From an uncultured Rhabdochlamydiaceae bacterium (lineage in GTDB: Bacteria > Chlamydiota > Chlamydiia > Chlamydiales > Rhabdochlamydiaceae), in assembly GCA_963712275.1 (NCBI GenBank), contig CAVQHD010000001.1:928001-992000 (forward strand): a stretch of 64,000 nt of DNA. The letters run 5' to 3'. Below the pieces are notes generated by a model. It had not been told where the DNA came from, ran no database searches, and saw only the letters and a list, made by a program, of their open reading frames with translations. Within the stretch, counting starts at the first letter, position 1. Each line of letters opens with the position of its first letter. Positions 10,344-20,147 of the stretch are shown one piece after another. The position numbers and the translations under genes are program-made.

Positions 10344-12479
10344 TCATTTTTGGACGAGAAAATCTGTCAACGCAGTCTTTAGCCGCGTATGTCTTTTTTT
10401 TGCTTCATTGCTTTGAACTGCAAGGCCGATGGCTTGCTTGCTGCCGACCAGAATCACGAGTGTTTTGCCACGAGTGATCCCCGTGTAGAGAAGATTTCGG
10501 TGAAGCATTTTAAAATGACTCATGTGCATGGGGATGACAACACATCGGTATTCACTTCCCTGGGATTTATGAATGGAGACGGCATAGGCGAGAACAAGGT
10601 CGTCCATTTCAGAAAATTGGTATTCGACACGCCGGTCATCAAAGTGGACGGTGAGCAGCTGGTTTGAAAAATCGATGGTCAAAATCCGTCCAATGTCTCC
10701 ATTAAATACCAGTTTTTCGTAATCGTTGCGGATTTGCATCACTTTATCGCCCACATGAAATGTACGCCCCATGCGGCAGAGAGGAGTCGGGCTTGGGTTT
10801 AATACTTTTTGTAAAACGACGTTTAAATTTTCGGTTCCAATGATGCCTCGTTTCATGGGAGATAGCACCTGGATATCATCAAAGCGGTGAAAGCGGGATT
10901 TACCGGGCAGTTTTTCAGTGACGAGCTCGACAATGGTTTCAACGATCTCATCAGGCGTCTCTCTTTCGATAAATCGAAAGTCGGAATAACTGAGAAGCTC
11001 TGGGAACTCTCCTTGGTTAATCCGATGGGCGTTTGTGATGATTTTCGAATTGGCCGCTTGCCTAAAAATTTGGGTCAGCTTTGAGATACCCACACAGTTT
11101 GACTCGATAAGATCTTCAAACACACTCCCTGCGCCGACGCTTGGGAGCTGATCAGCATCTCCAATGAGAATGAAGCGAGCCGACGAAGGGGTTGCTTTAA
11201 GAAGATGGAAGAAGAGAAATGTGTCAATCATACTTGCTTCATCTACAATCAAAAGATCGCACTTGAGCGGATTGTCTTGGTTTCGTTTAAACCCCCCCGA
11301 TTGAAAATCCATCTCGAGGAGACTATGGATAGTCGATGCTTTTTTTCCTGTAATTTCTGTCATCCGCTTGGCAGCCCGCCCTGTGGGGGCCGCTAGAAGA
11401 ATTGAGTCTGTGAGTTTCTCGCTAATGCGAAGGATTGCCCGTGTAATCGTACTTTTTCCTGTCCCAGGGCCTCCCGTGATGATATGCACCTTTTCTTGAA
11501 CGGCCTCAGCAATTGCCTTTTTTTGCTCTTCCGCAAAAGAAAGGTTGAGTTTTTCCTCTGCCCAGAGAACTGCCTTATCCACTTGAATTGCCCGCAGCCC
11601 CGATGATGCTTGCATCAGGCGGCCTAGCTCGCGCGCAATCCCTTTTTCTGCCAAATGAAATGGCCTTAAAGCAATAAAGCCTTCCTCTTCAATGAGAACC
11701 CTGTCTTCAAGGCTTGTTTCGAGTCCTTGACGAACCTCTGATTCCTCGACAGTCAAAATCGCTGTCGTCTGCGCTGCAAGCTCTTCTTTAGGGAAACAGG
11801 TGTGCCCTTCGTTCGAAAGATCCCAAAGCACATGTTCAATGCCTGCCCGAATACGGGTCATGGAGTGAGCGGGTACCCCTATTTTTTGAGCAATTTGGTC
11901 TGCCGATTTAAATCCGATGCCTCGAATATCTCGGGCAAGCACATACGGATCTTGCTTGACTTTCTCAATGCTTTGATCTCCATAGGCTTTATAAATTTTT
12001 TGCGCAAATGAAGGTGATACTTCATGGGACTGAAGAAAAATCATCACTTCCCGGATCGCTTTTTGCTCTTTCCAACAGGTTTGAATTGTTTCAATCCGCT
12101 TGGCGCCAATGCCGGGGACTTCGCCAAGCCTGGAGGGGAAGTTATCGATAATTTCCAGCGTTTCGATGCCAAACTGCTTCACAATCCGCTCTGCGTACGT
12201 GCGGCCAATCCCTTTGATCATGCCTGATTCAAGGTATTTCTGAATGCCGATGAGATCAGAGGGTTGTTTACATTCAAACGTTTGAACTTCGAACTGCCGG
12301 CCGTACTGAGGATGGTGCTTCCACTCCCCCTCGCACCGAATTGTCTCTCCAGGCTGCAAGGAAGGGAGAGATCCTACAATGCACGTCAGCTCTTGCTTGC
12401 GTGGCTCTTTTAGCCGAGCCACTGTGAAGCTCTCTCCTGCAAAAACAATATTTTCAATATAACCAAAAATTTCTTCCAC
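10344..12479 (-). CDS. recD2: ATP-dependent RecD2-like DNA helicase
   Basis: Motifs GGPGTGKS, VDEASMID and AYAVSIHKSQGSE; N-terminal HhH motifs. Confidence 0.95.
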   Translation of the reverse strand: MEEIFGYIENIVFAGESFTVARLKEPRKQELTCIVGSLPSLQPGETIRCEGEWKHHPQYGRQFEVQTFECKQPSDLIGIQKYLESGMIKGIGRTYAERIVKQFGIETLEIIDNFPSRLGEVPGIGAKRIETIQTCWKEQKAIREVMIFLQSHEVSPSFAQKIYKAYGDQSIEKVKQDPYVLARDIRGIGFKSADQIAQKIGVPAHSMTRIRAGIEHVLWDLSNEGHTCFPKEELAAQTTAILTVEESEVRQGLETSLEDRVLIEEEGFIALRPFHLAEKGIARELGRLMQASSGLRAIQVDKAVLWAEEKLNLSFAEEQKKAIAEAVQEKVHIITGGPGTGKSTITRAILRISEKLTDSILLAAPTGRAAKRMTEITGKKASTIHSLLEMDFQSGGFKRNQDNPLKCDLLIVDEASMIDTFLFFHLLKATPSSARFILIGDADQLPSVGAGSVFEDLIESNCVGISKLTQIFRQAANSKIITNAHRINQGEFPELLSYSDFRFIERETPDEIVETIVELVTEKLPGKSRFHRFDDIQVLSPMKRGIIGTENLNVVLQKVLNPSPTPLCRMGRTFHVGDKVMQIRNDYEKLVFNGDIGRILTIDFSNQLLTVHFDDRRVEYQFSEMDDLVLAYAVSIHKSQGSEYRCVVIPMHMSHFKMLHRNLLYTGITRGKTLVILVGSKQAIGLAVQSNEAKKRHTRLKTALTDFLVQK

Positions 12480-12501
12480 CCTTTTTACTATAGATGACCG
12501 A

Positions 12502-12530
12502 TTGATTTAAATCTGCCCATTTTCTACCAT
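12502..12530 (+). promoter_or_regulatory. Putative sigma66 promoter of tRNA-Asn
   Basis: TTGATT-17 bp-TACCAT. Confidence 0.55.
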
Positions 12531-12542
12531 AGATTTCTCTTA

Positions 12543-12712
12543 GAAGCTGTCTTAAAACTCAGTTTCTGTCGATTTTTGGGGCTTTTTGAGCCAATTTTCG
12601 CTTTATTTGGTGGGGGTAATATACGAAAGTTGATATAACCCCCACCAAATAAAGCGAAAATTGGCTCAAAAAGCCCCAAAAATCGACAGAAACTGAGTTT
12701 TAAGACAGCTTC
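12543..12712. mobile_element. 170-bp palindromic MITE, copy 1 (perfect 75-bp arms), TTA target-site duplication
   Basis: GAAGCTGTCTTAAAACTC...GAGTTTTAAGACAGCTTC, flanked by TTA at 12540-42 and 12713-15. Confidence 0.88.
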
Positions 12713-12716
12713 TTAT

Positions 12717-12788
12717 TCCGGATTAGCTCAGCGGTAGAGCAGTGGACTGTTAATCCATTGGTCGCAAGTTCGAATCTTGCATCCGGAG
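12717..12788 (+). tRNA. tRNA-Asn (GTT), CCA not encoded
   Basis: Acceptor stem TCCGGAT/ATCCGGA plus discriminator G; D-arm GCTCAGCGGTAGAGC; anticodon arm GTGGA-CTGTTAA-TCCAT; T-loop TTCGAAT. Confidence 0.97.
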
Positions 12789-12809
12789 ATTTTGAATATA
12801 ACTCTCTTA

Positions 12810-12979
12810 GAAGCTGTCTTAAAACTCAGATTTCGTCGCTTTTTGGAGGATTTTTGGCCAATTTTCGCTTTATTTGGTGGGGGTAATATACGAAAGTTGA
12901 TATAACCCCCACCAAATAAAGCGAAAATTGGCTCAAAAAGCCCCAAAAATCGACAGAAACTGAGTTTTAAGACAGCTTC
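12810..12979. mobile_element. 170-bp palindromic MITE, copy 2, TTA target-site duplication
   Basis: Same ends, loop and right arm as copy 1; left arm diverged at about 12830-12858; TTA at 12807-09 and 12980-82. Confidence 0.88.
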
Positions 12980-13118
12980 TTAAAGGGAGTGCCTAAATGT
13001 CTATTGAAACACTAAACACTTTAGATGATGCTAGAGGTTATTTAAGGCAGGTTGAAGCGACGCCTTATCCATTAAAGGAAAAAAGAGTCGATCTGGCTTT
13101 TTTTTCACACACTTTCTT

Positions 13119-13931
13119 GTGGCTACAATTACTAGCTCTTTTACTCATCCGATTGAAACTTTGAAAGGTACTTTTGCATACTTATTTTTCCATGCAGATT
13201 TTTTTCCACAATCTCACTTTATCACTATGGAAAACATTCAACAACATTGCAATGAACGCGGATGTCCTGAAGGTTTTGAAAACGCGCTTATTTATATTGT
13301 CACAAAGACCCAAGAGCTCGCTAAAAAAATGGGAATAGGTGAAGTTCAGATTGGTATGCCAGGTCTGCCACAAGAAGGAGACTTGGATTTCATAGCTAAA
13401 AGTTTTAGAGGATACAATATTCGTACGATTGAACTGGGGGCAAATTTTTTCAAATACCCAAAAGAAGAAATGGAGTACATTCTCGCACATGAGCTGTTTC
13501 ATATCAAGCACAATGACGTATTGAAAACTGTTGCTTTCAATTGGGTTGTTATGGCTTTAAATCTTATTACATTTCGTCATTTCAGTTTTGCACGAGCTGT
13601 AGGGGTTGTTATGCTAACTAACGGAATCTTCGATTGTATTTTTCGTACTATCCTCGCAAGACACACGGAACTTGTAGCTGATAGAGAAGCGCTACGTTAT
13701 CTTAACTCGAATATCGGAATGGTTAAAGCGTTCCATCGAGAATTAAAAGAACAATATATTCTCAAGCATACGCCTGCAGAAGAGTTGCAAAAGCTTCATC
13801 CAACCAAAACTCTTGAAAATATACAACTTGAGCAAATGAGAATTACTCCCCATGGAAATAATAGAGTTGCCCTGGTGCAAACAACTGCGCGCCTGACCCA
13901 AGCCTTAAACTTTAAGCCTTTGTTGATCTGA
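13119..13931 (+). CDS. M48-family-like zinc metalloprotease, membrane-associated
   Basis: ILAHELFH (HExxH), two hydrophobic segments, ELVADREA. Confidence 0.75.
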   Translation: MATITSSFTHPIETLKGTFAYLFFHADFFPQSHFITMENIQQHCNERGCPEGFENALIYIVTKTQELAKKMGIGEVQIGMPGLPQEGDLDFIAKSFRGYNIRTIELGANFFKYPKEEMEYILAHELFHIKHNDVLKTVAFNWVVMALNLITFRHFSFARAVGVVMLTNGIFDCIFRTILARHTELVADREALRYLNSNIGMVKAFHRELKEQYILKHTPAEELQKLHPTKTLENIQLEQMRITPHGNNRVALVQTTARLTQALNFKPLLI

Positions 13932-14043
13932 TTACAAAAACATCCTATAGAGCGAGTTTTGCGAGCTCTCGCTATAACTCATATTCAGAAGCTTACCTAG
14001 CTCAATTGGGGAGCGCTCTAATCAGAAAATGGATCAAAATCTG

Positions 14044-14385
14044 CTATTCTAAAAACACAGCTGTTCGTCCGCGTCGGATTCTTCTGTGAATCCTTTTGGG
14101 ACGGTGGACATGGATATCCACATCACAGTGAAGTGCATTTAAGAAGCGGATTAAACGATCAGTAGAGAACCCAGATAATCGACCTTTTAAAAGCATGGAT
14201 ACTTTAGGTTGATCAATGCCTAAAATTTTAGCAATTCGAGCTTGGGTTAGTCGTTTTTGCTTAACGATATCGCAAATCTGGCTGAGGAGTTTTGCTTTAA
14301 CTAAAAGCTCGTCACTATCAGGTAGCCCTAAATCTTCAAAGACATTTCCGCAGCTAGCTTCTATTTCATTGTTAAAATATTGAAT
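14044..14385 (-). pseudogene. XRE/HTH antitoxin (HigA2-like) without a canonical start codon
   Basis: Not in the ORF track. Open frame IQYFNNEIEASCGNVFEDLGLPDSDELLVKAKL...LTQARIAKILGIDQPKVSMLLKGRLSGFSTDRLIRFL, with an in-frame TAA just upstream and only ATT/ATA as possible starts. Confidence 0.8.
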
Positions 14386-14447
14386 TTAATCTTTCCTTGG
14401 ATAAAGCTTATTCTCGATTTCCCCTTATCCATCTAAAAGGAGGTTGT

Positions 14448-17400
14448 ATGTCTTTTCCTAGCACGAATTCTATCCCCTCGAACATCAAACAACTCCTTCC
14501 TGTCCCTAATACTCCGTGGCTTCTCAGCCCTGGGGTGCTTCAACGACTTTCCCAGCAACCCCCTGATCCAAGCAGACGTTTCAAGCAATGTGAACTTCTT
14601 CTCTCGGATCTAGAAAAAGATTTTGTTCTCTGCTGCTTTTTCCAGATGAAACCCTCAGGGTATAGTATTTCCAAAATTTCTTGCATCGACCACCCATTCC
14701 ACACAGCAGCCTTCGAAGCAGAACTCGTTAACATCGATGAAGAGGCTAAGAGGTTTTTGCCAAGATGGGCTAACGAACAAGAAAATCAACGGAAAAAAGG
14801 AGTGATCGAGCGGTGGAAAGATTTAGTTCATGCATTTGATCCTTTAGAGATCCCCACCATGGGACAAATAACTCATCTCACAGCTGCTAAAGTGCTCCCC
14901 CTCTGGCATGGCAGCAGTTTCGACAAGTGCCACTCTATCTGCTCTTCTGGCTTTACCTATTTTGGCAAGCACCATTTTTTCGATCCCAATGCTAATGCAG
15001 GCTCTATTTCCAGCACAGACATGGGTTTTTTTGGCAGTGGGATCTACTTCACCAATAGCGCCCATTACGCCTCTATGTATTCTGAAGGGCATCTCCTCCT
15101 CTCCTGGGTCTCCATGCGAGAGCCGTATCCCGTGGTCAGCGATGTTCCTCATCCTAATAAATGCACCGATATGAAGATGCTAGAAGGAAAAGGAGCGTAT
15201 CAAAACTATAATGCTCATTATATTCCCGTCATCTCTGCTAACCCCAAAAAACCTTTCTGCATGGACTACTACCCTTGTTACAAAGACCAGCAGCCTGTAT
15301 GGGATGAGATCGTCATCTTTCAACGGTCTCAAACTCTCTCCCGTTTTTGGGTAGAGCTCTCCATTGATACTCCCGCTCCTATTTTGAAACAAACCTATAG
15401 TTTTTCAGATTGTTATGCTGCTTGCCAAAAAGGAAATTTCGAACAAGTTAGAGCATGGATCATTGAAAGCCCCAAACGGCTTAAAGAAAAAAACCCAGAA
15501 GGGGAAACGCTCCTTTATGCCGCCGTCAAAGGTAGCCAGCTTCCTATTCTCCAATGGCTATACAGACAAGATCCAACACTCCTTAAAATCTCTCGAGACG
15601 ATGGGTCTACCCTCCAGCATATCGCCGCTGCCAGTGGAGATACCGAACTTGTCATGTGGCTTCACACTAAAGACTCCACACAGATCCAGCAGCGCAATGG
15701 AAATAAGGAAACCCCTCTTCATCTTGCTGCCTACTACGAACATGTCTCCATCTTAAAGCTATTCTTCTCAAAGATCCAAGCCGACAGCTCCTTCATCCTC
15801 CAGGTCATTGAAAAGCCATGCTCAAAAACCCTCGCTTTTTTCTTCGAGAGAGGCTTGAAACTAGAAGTCCTTAATCCATTTAAACAAACCCTCTTGCACA
15901 TTGCTGCTCAAGCAGGTCTAGAAGAGAATGTCCTCTGTTTATTACAGCATGGCGCTTTCATTGACGCCCAAGATCTTTCCAAGAGAACACCCATCTTTCT
16001 CGCTACTGTGCAAGGGCACCGTTCCATCGTCCAACTCCTCCTTCAGCATAAAGCCAGCGTTGATATCGTCTCTATTGAAAAAGAGACCCTCCTTCATGCC
16101 GCTGCTTTCTACGGAAATACCCCTCTTCTCCAAATTCTCCTCAATCACCCGCTCTGCCAAAAGCTCATCAACGCTCAAGATGAAGACGGCAAGACCCCCC
16201 TTCATAAAGCCGTCTGGGGAGATCCCAAACCCGATGTCGTCGACCTTCTCCTTGCCTATGGAGCCAATCCCAATGCGACTAATCATTACAACTATACCTC
16301 CCTTCACTGGGCTGCTAAGCACGGTCATATCAAAAGCAGTGAAATCTTGCTCAGCAAGGGGGCAAATGTTAATGCTATTAATACCAATCAAGATCTTCCC
16401 TTAGACCTCGCTATCCGATATGGGCAAAATGAAGTCGTTCATTTCTTTCTCGGAACGACACAACGATTGAAAAAAGTAGACCAGCCGCTCCCTAAAGACA
16501 TGATCAAACACTATCAAGACTGTCTTCTCAAAGCCAAAGAGCAAAACCTCATTGAAGAGCAAATCTTTTATCTTGAAAAGATCAGCGACGAGCTCCTTCG
16601 GAACAACAATTTCGTTACAGGCGCAATGATCTTAAATAGCGCCCTTGCTCTTCTGCAATCTCACAAAAAAAATCTCCCCTTTGAACATTACCTCTTTTCT
16701 AAGATTGAAAGGATTGAAGGGCTGTTCTTAGAAACTAAAGGAATTAAATCACTTCCTAGCAAACGAGATAACTTTGAAGGAGGATGGAATCGAATAACCC
16801 TGCGACGACAAGAATTAAACACGATTCGTATGAATTGTGAAGCAGCCTTCAAGCAAAAAGCCTTTGTGCCTGACATCCTCAGGCAGCTCACAAAAGACTT
16901 TCGCTCACTTCTCGAAAAGCTTATCGCTGACGCGCAATTTTTGATAGGACAGGCTCCTGTCAAGTGGGCATGTATCGGTGCGGGCTCTATCTCCAGAGAT
17001 GAGATGTGCCCTTATTCCGATATTGAGTTTGCATTCTTAATCGAAGAAGAAACCCCTGAAGCGTTCGAATATTTTCGAACGCTGGCTCGGCTACTGCAAA
17101 TCCAGGTGATTAACCTCGGTGAAACAAAATGCTCTGTCTTTGGAGAAGGAGAAGAAAGCCCCACTCCTAACGGCTTTTGTATAGACACTGGAGGAAACGT
17201 CCCTCTAGGGGGAGTGTTTGAGCTCATTGCAGCGCCTGCCCACCTCGCTCAGCTCCAAACACTTCAGTGGATCGATGATAGTATTATCCTTGCCAATGTG
17301 ATGAGCTCCGTTTGTCTCGTTAAAGGAGACCAGAAGCTTGTGGCAAGCTATCTTCAGCATAGGGAAAAGATCCAAGAACTTAAAGAACAAGAACCTACAG

Positions 17401-19835
17401 CAAAAGCACCCCCTGAAAAAGAGAGCAAAAAGGCCCCCATCAAAAATCGGGAAAGGCTAGCCATGAGGCTCCTAGCTGGCCATTTACACGAGTTTTCTCC
17501 TAACCTGACCAGAGAAAAAGAAAAGATCAAAGCATTTGGAATCAAGAAAGAACTCTATCGACCTTTTCAAGAGATCCTTAGTAGCTTAGCGCTTTTTTAC
17601 AAACTTAAGTCAAGAAATACATTCGATCGTATCGATGAACTCGTTAAACTCGATGTGCTTTCTTCTCAAGGAGCTGGAAATTTGAAAAAAGCCATCGCCC
17701 AAGCCCTTGCCCTTCGTTTAGAGGCGCATTTATTCTATAAAGATGAAACCGAAATTTTACATCACCTAGAAGAAGGACAATCCCCAGATCCAAAGAAGCT
17801 TTATTTAAGCCAAGACCGTATTCAATCATTGCATGAGATTTATAAAACGCTCATCCCGTTCTGTAAAAGCGCTGAAGAATTTTTCAGAACAAAGGACAAA
17901 AAAGCATTTAATGCCCAAGCCTTTTACGACAAGGGCCCTCTTGTCCGAGCTCAAGCTCTTGAAAAAGCGCTTCAGTATAAAGCGGCTCAAACTGCGTATC
18001 AGGAGGTGATCTCTTTAAATCCGAATGATACGAATGCACTTCTTTTTTTGGGAAAAATTGAGTATGATTTAGGTAATGATAAGGAGGCTCTAGCAAGGGC
18101 TGAGCAAGCCCTTCAAATTACACTTCAAGTCCGTGGAGAAAACCACCCCAATATGGCTACAAGCTACAACAACATTGGGGCGGCCCTCCAAGACCTCGGG
18201 CGGGCGGGTGAGGCGCTGGACTCCTATCAAAAAGCGCTCGAGATCGAGCTTGCCGCCTATGGAGAAAACCACCCCAATATGGCTACAAGCTACAACAACA
18301 TTGGGGCGGCCCTCCAAGACCTCGGGCGGGCGGGTGAGGCGCTGGACTCCCATCAAAAAGCGCTCGAGATCGAGCTTGCCGCCTATGGAGAAAATCACCC
18401 ACATGCGGCTACAAGCTACAATAACATCGGAGGGGCCCTCGAAGCCCTCGGGCGAGCGAGCGAGGCGCTGGACTCCCATCAAAAAGCGCTCAAGATCCGG
18501 CTTGCTGTCCATGGTGAAGATCACCCAGATGTGGCTCTAAGCTACAACAATATCGGAGCAGTCCTCCAAGCCCTCGGGCGAGCAGGCGAGGCGCTGAACT
18601 CCCATCAAAAAGCGCTTAAGATCCAGCTTGCCTTCTATGGCGAAAACCACCCAGGTGTGGCTCTAAGCTACAACAACATCGGAGCAGCCCTCCAAGCCCT
18701 CGGGCAGGCTAGCGAAGTGCTGGATTTCTATCAAAAAGCGCTCAAGATCCAGCTTGCCATTTATGGAGAAAGTCACCCAGATGTGGCTGCAAGCCACAAC
18801 AACATCGGAATGGCCCTCCAAGACCTCGGACAAACTAGCGAAACGCTGGACTCCCATCAAAAAGCGCTCAAGATCCGGCTTGCTGTCCATGGTGAAAACC
18901 ACCCAGATGTGGCTCTAAGCTACAACAACATCGGAGGGACCCTCAAAGACCTCGGGCGAGCGAGCGAAGCGCTGGACTCCCATCAAAAAGCGCTCAAGAT
19001 CTGGCTTGCCTTCTATGGCGAAAGCCACCTAAGTGTGGCTCTAAGCTACAATAACATCGGAGGGGCCCTCCAAGACCTTGGGCGGGTGAGCGAGGCGCTG
19101 GACTTCTATCAAAAAGCGTTCAAGATCCGGCTTGCTATCTATGGCGAAAACCACCCAGATATGGCCACAAGCTACAACAACATTGGGGCGGCCCTCCAAG
19201 GCCTTGGGCGGGCAAGCGAAGCGCTGGACTCCCATCAAAAAGCGCTCAAGATCCGGCTTGCTATCTATGGCGAAAACCACCCAGATATGGCCACAAGCTA
19301 CAACAACATTGGGGCGGCCCTCCAAGGCCTTGGGCGGGCAAGCGAAGTGCTGGACTTCCTTCAAAAAGCGCTTAAGATCCGGCTTGCCATCTATGGTGAA
19401 AACCACCCAGATGTGGCTACAAGCTACAATAACATCGGAATGGCCCTCCAAGACCTCGGGCGGGCGGGTGAGGCGCTGGACTCCCATCAAAAAGCGCTCA
19501 AGATCCGGCTTGCTATCTATGGTGAAAACCACCTAAGTGTGGCTCTAAGCTACAATAACATCGGAGGGGCCCTCTACGCCCTCGGGCGAGCGAGCGAGGC
19601 GCTGGACTCCTATCAAAAGGCCTTTTTGATGAGTTGTAAGGTATATGATCAAAAACATCCTGGATTAATCTTATGCTTGGAAAATCTTATTGATTGCTTA
19701 GAGAAACAAAAAAAACCTGAAAACCAGCGCCAGGTGATGCAAGAAGTTTATCCCTACTGTGTCAAGATCCTAGGAAAAGACGATGAGTTGACGCAAAAGC
19801 TCTTAGCGGCTGCATCTAACAGCAATGAGGTATAA
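14448..19835 (+). CDS. PARP-like ADP-ribosyltransferase + ankyrin repeats + DUF294 nucleotidyltransferase + 12 x 42-aa TPR protein
   Basis: LWHGS / GFFGSGIYFT...YASMY / WDEIVIF (H-Y-E); ankyrin TPLH motifs; GAGSISRDEMCPYSDIEF; TPR repeats ENHPxxAxSYNNIG; AGGAGG before ATG 14448. Confidence 0.85.
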   Translation: MSFPSTNSIPSNIKQLLPVPNTPWLLSPGVLQRLSQQPPDPSRRFKQCELLLSDLEKDFVLCCFFQMKPSGYSISKISCIDHPFHTAAFEAELVNIDEEAKRFLPRWANEQENQRKKGVIERWKDLVHAFDPLEIPTMGQITHLTAAKVLPLWHGSSFDKCHSICSSGFTYFGKHHFFDPNANAGSISSTDMGFFGSGIYFTNSAHYASMYSEGHLLLSWVSMREPYPVVSDVPHPNKCTDMKMLEGKGAYQNYNAHYIPVISANPKKPFCMDYYPCYKDQQPVWDEIVIFQRSQTLSRFWVELSIDTPAPILKQTYSFSDCYAACQKGNFEQVRAWIIESPKRLKEKNPEGETLLYAAVKGSQLPILQWLYRQDPTLLKISRDDGSTLQHIAAASGDTELVMWLHTKDSTQIQQRNGNKETPLHLAAYYEHVSILKLFFSKIQADSSFILQVIEKPCSKTLAFFFERGLKLEVLNPFKQTLLHIAAQAGLEENVLCLLQHGAFIDAQDLSKRTPIFLATVQGHRSIVQLLLQHKASVDIVSIEKETLLHAAAFYGNTPLLQILLNHPLCQKLINAQDEDGKTPLHKAVWGDPKPDVVDLLLAYGANPNATNHYNYTSLHWAAKHGHIKSSEILLSKGANVNAINTNQDLPLDLAIRYGQNEVVHFFLGTTQRLKKVDQPLPKDMIKHYQDCLLKAKEQNLIEEQIFYLEKISDELLRNNNFVTGAMILNSALALLQSHKKNLPFEHYLFSKIERIEGLFLETKGIKSLPSKRDNFEGGWNRITLRRQELNTIRMNCEAAFKQKAFVPDILRQLTKDFRSLLEKLIADAQFLIGQAPVKWACIGAGSISRDEMCPYSDIEFAFLIEEETPEAFEYFRTLARLLQIQVINLGETKCSVFGEGEESPTPNGFCIDTGGNVPLGGVFELIAAPAHLAQLQTLQWIDDSIILANVMSSVCLVKGDQKLVASYLQHREKIQELKEQEPTAKAPPEKESKKAPIKNRERLAMRLLAGHLHEFSPNLTREKEKIKAFGIKKELYRPFQEILSSLALFYKLKSRNTFDRIDELVKLDVLSSQGAGNLKKAIAQALALRLEAHLFYKDETEILHHLEEGQSPDPKKLYLSQDRIQSLHEIYKTLIPFCKSAEEFFRTKDKKAFNAQAFYDKGPLVRAQALEKALQYKAAQTAYQEVISLNPNDTNALLFLGKIEYDLGNDKEALARAEQALQITLQVRGENHPNMATSYNNIGAALQDLGRAGEALDSYQKALEIELAAYGENHPNMATSYNNIGAALQDLGRAGEALDSHQKALEIELAAYGENHPHAATSYNNIGGALEALGRASEALDSHQKALKIRLAVHGEDHPDVALSYNNIGAVLQALGRAGEALNSHQKALKIQLAFYGENHPGVALSYNNIGAALQALGQASEVLDFYQKALKIQLAIYGESHPDVAASHNNIGMALQDLGQTSETLDSHQKALKIRLAVHGENHPDVALSYNNIGGTLKDLGRASEALDSHQKALKIWLAFYGESHLSVALSYNNIGGALQDLGRVSEALDFYQKAFKIRLAIYGENHPDMATSYNNIGAALQGLGRASEALDSHQKALKIRLAIYGENHPDMATSYNNIGAALQGLGRASEVLDFLQKALKIRLAIYGENHPDVATSYNNIGMALQDLGRAGEALDSHQKALKIRLAIYGENHLSVALSYNNIGGALYALGRASEALDSYQKAFLMSCKVYDQKHPGLILCLENLIDCLEKQKKPENQRQVMQEVYPYCVKILGKDDELTQKLLAAASNSNEV
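18135..19646 (+). repeat. 12 tandem 126-bp TPR-coding repeats
   Basis: Near-identical units such as GGAGAAAACCACCCCAATATGGCTACAAGCTACAACAACATTGGG. Confidence 0.95.
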
Positions 19836-19977
19836 GCTTAGGTTTGCTTAACTTGTCGGTGATAAGAAGCACTGCAGGATAGCAATAGCGTCTCCCATCT
19901 GGATGTTAGCTTCTCGATGCTCTTTTCTCCAAGGTACGAAAAGTGCTACTATTGTTTTGGCAAGGTTGATGGTGCGG

Positions 19978-20120
19978 TTATGTCCGTCCGTTTTGTTTAT
20001 AGAATCGTTTGGCATCAGCTTGCTTTTTGTTTGTCGCCAATTGAATAATTTTGTATTTCTTCCCCTAGCGATTTCTATAGACTGCCTAATCCACTCTCCA
20101 ATTCCTCGATTCCATAGAGT
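19978..20120 (-). pseudogene. GNAT acetyltransferase remnant (frameshifted)
   Basis: One frame reads WNRGIGEWIRQSIEIARGRN; the shifted frame reads IIQLATNKKQADAKRFYKQNG. Confidence 0.6.
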
Positions 20121-20147
20121 GAGCCATCATTTCTATAAATCTATCCA

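Noticed and set aside
12728..12946. 72-aa ORF across the tRNA and MITE (also 22092-22337)
   Set aside because: Antisense to tRNA and repeat sequence; spurious.
13991..14030. tRNA-like 5' fragment GCTTACCTAGCTCAATTGGGGAGCG
   Set aside because: No anticodon arm, T-arm or matching acceptor strand; at most a remnant.
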